Shown here: positions 60,801-64,000 of the stretch, piece by piece
Layout of the letters: each line of letters starts with the position of its first letter
Numbering within the stretch: the first letter of the stretch is position 1
Assembly: GCA_001600815.1 (NCBI GenBank)
Contig: BCKZ01000033.1
Coordinates: forward strand, 1 to 64,000
From: Alloascoidea hylecoeti
Lineage: Eukaryota
DNA length: 64,000 nucleotides
Direction of reading: 5' to 3'
Notes under the pieces: generated by a model
What the model was told of the DNA's origin: nothing
What the model saw: only the letters and a program-made list of their open reading frames with translations
Database searches by the model: none
Translations under genes and position numbers: made by a program

Positions 60801-60870
60801 GAAAAACTCATCATCTTCAACTGATGCATTAACTGCATTACTTGGAATAAGGAAAAAATCAAGGCAATAA
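57862..60870 (+). CDS. Trimethylguanosine synthase (Tgs1)-like methyltransferase with long S/R/P-rich C-terminal extension; exons 57862-58103, 58184-58282, 58348-58674, 58728-60870 (936 aa)
   Basis: Spliced frame gives KYWSRRDEVFSKFDEGVYLTPELWYGATPEKLA, VDGFCGSG, IAIDKD, IYGVRDKI, DVVFVSPNW, ISNNIVMFLPRNSNLKQI, all colinear with Tgs1. All three introns have GT..branch..TAG and preserve frame. Confidence 0.85.
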
Positions 60871-61218
60871 ATATAGATTATAAAATTTAACGAATTTAAA
60901 AAATTAATTTTTCTTTTTTCTTTTTTCTTTTTGAATTTTGGATTTTGGATTTTGGATTTTTGTTTTCTTTTGATTTTTTCTTTTGATTTTTTTTCTTTTC
61001 TTTAATTTTGCTTTATATTATTATCGTTGCTAATTATTTCATCATCAAATTAAATTAAATGCATTATTATTATATTTGGTAATACTCATATGCATAATTT
61101 TATAATTTCTAAATTAAACTAAACTAAATTTAAATATAATATTAATATTAATTAGAAATCTATTTTATTATATATAATATATATCTATAGACATTTTTTT
61201 TTTTATAAAAATTTGTAG

Positions 61219-63261
61219 TTAATTTAAATGACGAATTCTAACAGGAATTTTTAACATATAATCATTTTTTTTAAAATCTTTATTAATTTCTAAATCTTGA
61301 TCATCAAATTCAATATTTATTAATAATTCATAAATTCTTGAAATTAAAGTTGATTGAAAACTTGGTATTAAAGATAAATTTTTTTTTAATAAAATTTTTA
61401 AAAAATTTATATTTATTTGAATTGTTTTATTCCAAGATTTTGAATTTGAATTTGAATTTAATTGTTTCCATTCTGATTCATCAATAATTATATTATCAAA
61501 TTTTAAATTTTGTTGTTGTTGTTGTTGTTGTTGTTGTTTTAAAATAATTGATAATAAATTTAAATTTCTATGAGATTCAGTTAATGGAATATCATAAATT
61601 AAATATTTTAAATCTTTTAAATTTTGAATTGTTTTTAAATTTTCAGGAATTAATAAATTATTATTAATCATTTCAGTTGAAAATAAAATTGGAGTTTTAT
61701 TAATATTAAAGATTGTAAATGATCTTAAATTAATATTTAATTTTAATAATTTTGGTAATATATTTATTGTTGAATGTAAAGAAGTTGATTTTGGTGTATA
61801 AATTAAATTTAAATTAATTGTTTTTAAATCATTCATATCTTCAGTTGTAAGATCTTGAGCATAATTCATAATAATTGTATAATCAGGTGGGATTGTTGTA
61901 GTAGTTGGATCATTTTTTTTTTTTTTTTTTTTAGTTTTTATCATTTTTGCAGGAATATAAGGTATTCCATTTTTTGGAATTGAAGTTGATAATTTATATA
62001 AAGCAATATTATTTTCAAATTGATAATTTAGAATTTTTTTTAATTTTAATTTTAATTTTGAAGGTGGTATAATTTGAGAATCAGAAGGAATATATTCATA
62101 TTTATGATTATTATTTAATTTTTCAATTGAAGATGAAGTTGAAGTTGTATTTTTTTTTAAAGATTCGAATAAATCATCTTGTTGAGATTCTTCATATAAA
62201 TCATAAAAATAACCAGTTGGTATAAATCTAATTTGATGTTTATAATCTCTAATAATTTCTAAATTATTTTCTTCAACAGTAAAAGGATTTATACCAATTA
62301 CTCTAACACCAATAAAATAAGAAATAAAACAAAATTTTGGACATAAATCATTAACTAGAACAGTTGATTTTGTATCGGATACTAATTTAGTATAACCAAT
62401 ATCCGGATCAATTTTAAAATCAATAGAAGGATAATTTGATTTAAAAGAGTTTAAATCCATATTAAAAGTTTCACGATTCAAACCAAAAGTTGGAGGTAAT
62501 TGACAATAATGAGATTTAAAGAGATTTGAGCCTTCCAACAGCGAATAAGGGATTTTAAACTGAAAGAAGATTTTGAATTTAGTTTTTGATTTCAGCAAGC
62601 CGTCTCTTGAGAATTCCGTGTGGAAGCCATCTTTATCGACAATATCATGTCTTTTGTCATCAATTGAAGTGAAAGTGTAGCTTGCGTCGTGGTCGACCAT
62701 TTGAAGAAAAGTGTTTGTTGCCTTTGTAACGGTGCTGTTGGCAGTGCTGTCAGAGTTGGATGCCGTGGATCTTGTGGGGAGCTCAACGACGGACTTCCCT
62801 TCAAAACTGACGTAGAAGTCGCGCAACGGAATATCAGCGGGCGAATTATTCTCAATGAGAACGTAGCCTTTCAGAACATCGCCGTTTGTGTATTCCTTGA
62901 CGGTTTTATCGTCGTCGTCGTTCAGGATGACGGATATCTTCAGGGTGGAGCGCAGCTTGAAGGACTGCGAGAGCGGGATGGAGGCGTACTTCTCCTGGGA
63001 GTAGATGGGCCTCAAGGGCTGGGGGGCGATGGTGGTGATGTAGCGAAGTGTGTGGGGGTTGGCGTGGGGGGAGGGGTCCGTGTGGGTGTGGGTGTGGGTG
63101 TGGGTGTGCGGGGAGGGGTCCGTGGGGGCGTCCGTGGGGGCGTCCAGGCCAGGGTCCAGGCCAGGGTCCATCCGCAACCACGTCCACTCCGGCAGCTCCT
63201 CCTCGACCACTATTTTGTCGTTGTAGTAGTAGTCGTCCTTGATGTTGATCACGTTGGCCAT
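61219..63261 (-). CDS. Bul1-like Rsp5 adaptor (alpha-arrestin-related)
   Basis: KEYTNGDVLKGYVLIEN..IP...FYVSFEG, FLQMVD..ASY, KIFFQFKIPYSLL, LPPTFG, LIPSFQSTLISRIYEL. One PPxY (PPDY). Start codon uncertain. Confidence 0.8.
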   Translation of the reverse strand: MANVINIKDDYYYNDKIVVEEELPEWTWLRMDPGLDPGLDAPTDAPTDPSPHTHTHTHTHTDPSPHANPHTLRYITTIAPQPLRPIYSQEKYASIPLSQSFKLRSTLKISVILNDDDDKTVKEYTNGDVLKGYVLIENNSPADIPLRDFYVSFEGKSVVELPTRSTASNSDSTANSTVTKATNTFLQMVDHDASYTFTSIDDKRHDIVDKDGFHTEFSRDGLLKSKTKFKIFFQFKIPYSLLEGSNLFKSHYCQLPPTFGLNRETFNMDLNSFKSNYPSIDFKIDPDIGYTKLVSDTKSTVLVNDLCPKFCFISYFIGVRVIGINPFTVEENNLEIIRDYKHQIRFIPTGYFYDLYEESQQDDLFESLKKNTTSTSSSIEKLNNNHKYEYIPSDSQIIPPSKLKLKLKKILNYQFENNIALYKLSTSIPKNGIPYIPAKMIKTKKKKKKNDPTTTTIPPDYTIIMNYAQDLTTEDMNDLKTINLNLIYTPKSTSLHSTINILPKLLKLNINLRSFTIFNINKTPILFSTEMINNNLLIPENLKTIQNLKDLKYLIYDIPLTESHRNLNLLSIILKQQQQQQQQQNLKFDNIIIDESEWKQLNSNSNSKSWNKTIQININFLKILLKKNLSLIPSFQSTLISRIYELLINIEFDDQDLEINKDFKKNDYMLKIPVRIRHLN

Positions 63262-63417
63262 GCTGTTGCGTTGCGTTGCGTTGCGAGCTGAGGAAAAGCC
63301 ATGCCATGCGAAGCCATGCGAAGTCACGCCGAATTCATGCCAGTTCATGCCACGCCAACGCACGCCCACGCACTGCCACGCAAACCAAAACAGAAACCGA
63401 AATGAGTCAAAGGCGCA

Positions 63418-63450
63418 GGTTACCCGCCGGTTACCCGCCGGTTACCCGCA
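63418..63450 (+). promoter_or_regulatory. Three tandem Reb1-like sites (GGTTACCCGCC repeat)
   Basis: ggttacccgcc ggttacccgcc ggttacccgc in the GC-rich promoter upstream of the BUL1-like gene. Confidence 0.5.
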
Positions 63451-63708
63451 CTCGCCCGCCCACATAAAGCCCGTCTCGTCTGCCCTCTTTCTCCCCGGCC
63501 AGTACTCTATATCGTGTCACTTCGAATAGCATCACTCCTCCCTCCCTCCCCAAGCTTCAACCCCGGAACAGAGTTCACGAATTGCACATAGTTCGTCGAC
63601 ACCTCTGCTCTCTTGCCCTTTAGTCCTAAACCGCTAAATACTCTTTTCTGATCGTCTGTCTAGCCCTATTCTAGGTGACACTTCAAAATACAACTACTCA
63701 AATACACA

Positions 63709-64000
63709 ATGTCAAGCATTACTACCACTGCCTACTTCCCTGCCGTGCAGCTCTCCGGACTGCAGAGTATACGGGCCCAGCCCAACGGTGCCAACGGTGC
63801 CAACGGTGCCAACCGACATTGACTTTCTTCTGCCTGAAGAGTTTGTCGATGTCAGCGTACTACCTTGCAATGTTGCCCCTAATGATCTCCTATTGCCCTC
63901 GTCTTCAGAACTTGAACTTGAACTTGGAAACTTGGATTTTTTAAACTCTATTGATATCGAGCCTTTGATCCCTGATGGTCTTTTTTTTGATTCTTTCGTC
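63709..64000 (+). CDS. Probable 5' end of a gene running off the window (acidic/hydrophobic segment)
   Basis: A frame open from 63638 to the window end encodes DIDFLLPEEFVD..LDFLNSIDIEPLIPDGLFFDSFV but has no ATG. ATG 63709 joins it if intron 63767-63839 (GTATAC..CATTGAC..AAG) is spliced. Confidence 0.35.

Noticed and set aside
62689..63529. Several overlapping ORFs in the GC-rich block
   Set aside because: Shadow frames caused by stop-codon scarcity in GC-rich, repeat-containing DNA overlapping the BUL1-like gene.
1..64000. CRISPR arrays, rRNA or prokaryotic operons
   Set aside because: Eukaryotic sequence with spliceosomal introns; no repeat-spacer array or rRNA similarity seen.

Overview
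AT-rich genomic DNA of a budding yeast (Saccharomycotina, probably an early-diverging, intron-richer lineage: short 53-80 nt spliceosomal introns). Recognisable genes: CIN2/TBCC, a 2OG-Fe(II) dioxygenase, WHI2, KRE9, SAC1, a FlbC/MtfA/Nrg1-type C2H2 factor, BFA1, ERG5, PFK26, tRNA-Ser(AGA), MIR1, BCY1, the head-to-head IRC5/RSC8 pair, a CBM48 protein, a repeat-rich GPI wall protein (spans an N gap) and a Bul1-like protein. Accessory material: a decayed Ty1/copia element, a Ty5-type primer-binding-site remnant, a MITE-like dispersed repeat, orphan ORFs, and a ~6 kb block in which two near-identical ~595 bp direct repeats enclose two very divergent DUF2408/CUB1-like paralogs (one pseudogenised). 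The most unusual items are a spliced TGS1-like cap methyltransferase with a remodelled active-site motif fused to a very long Ser/Arg/Pro-rich tail (head-to-head with a CENP-B-type HTH protein lacking a DDE domain), a multi-hairpin element just upstream of tRNA-Ser, and a recurrent 5'-GC-rich to 3'-AT-rich gradient within genes. All family assignments come from motif recognition by eye; no database searches were run.
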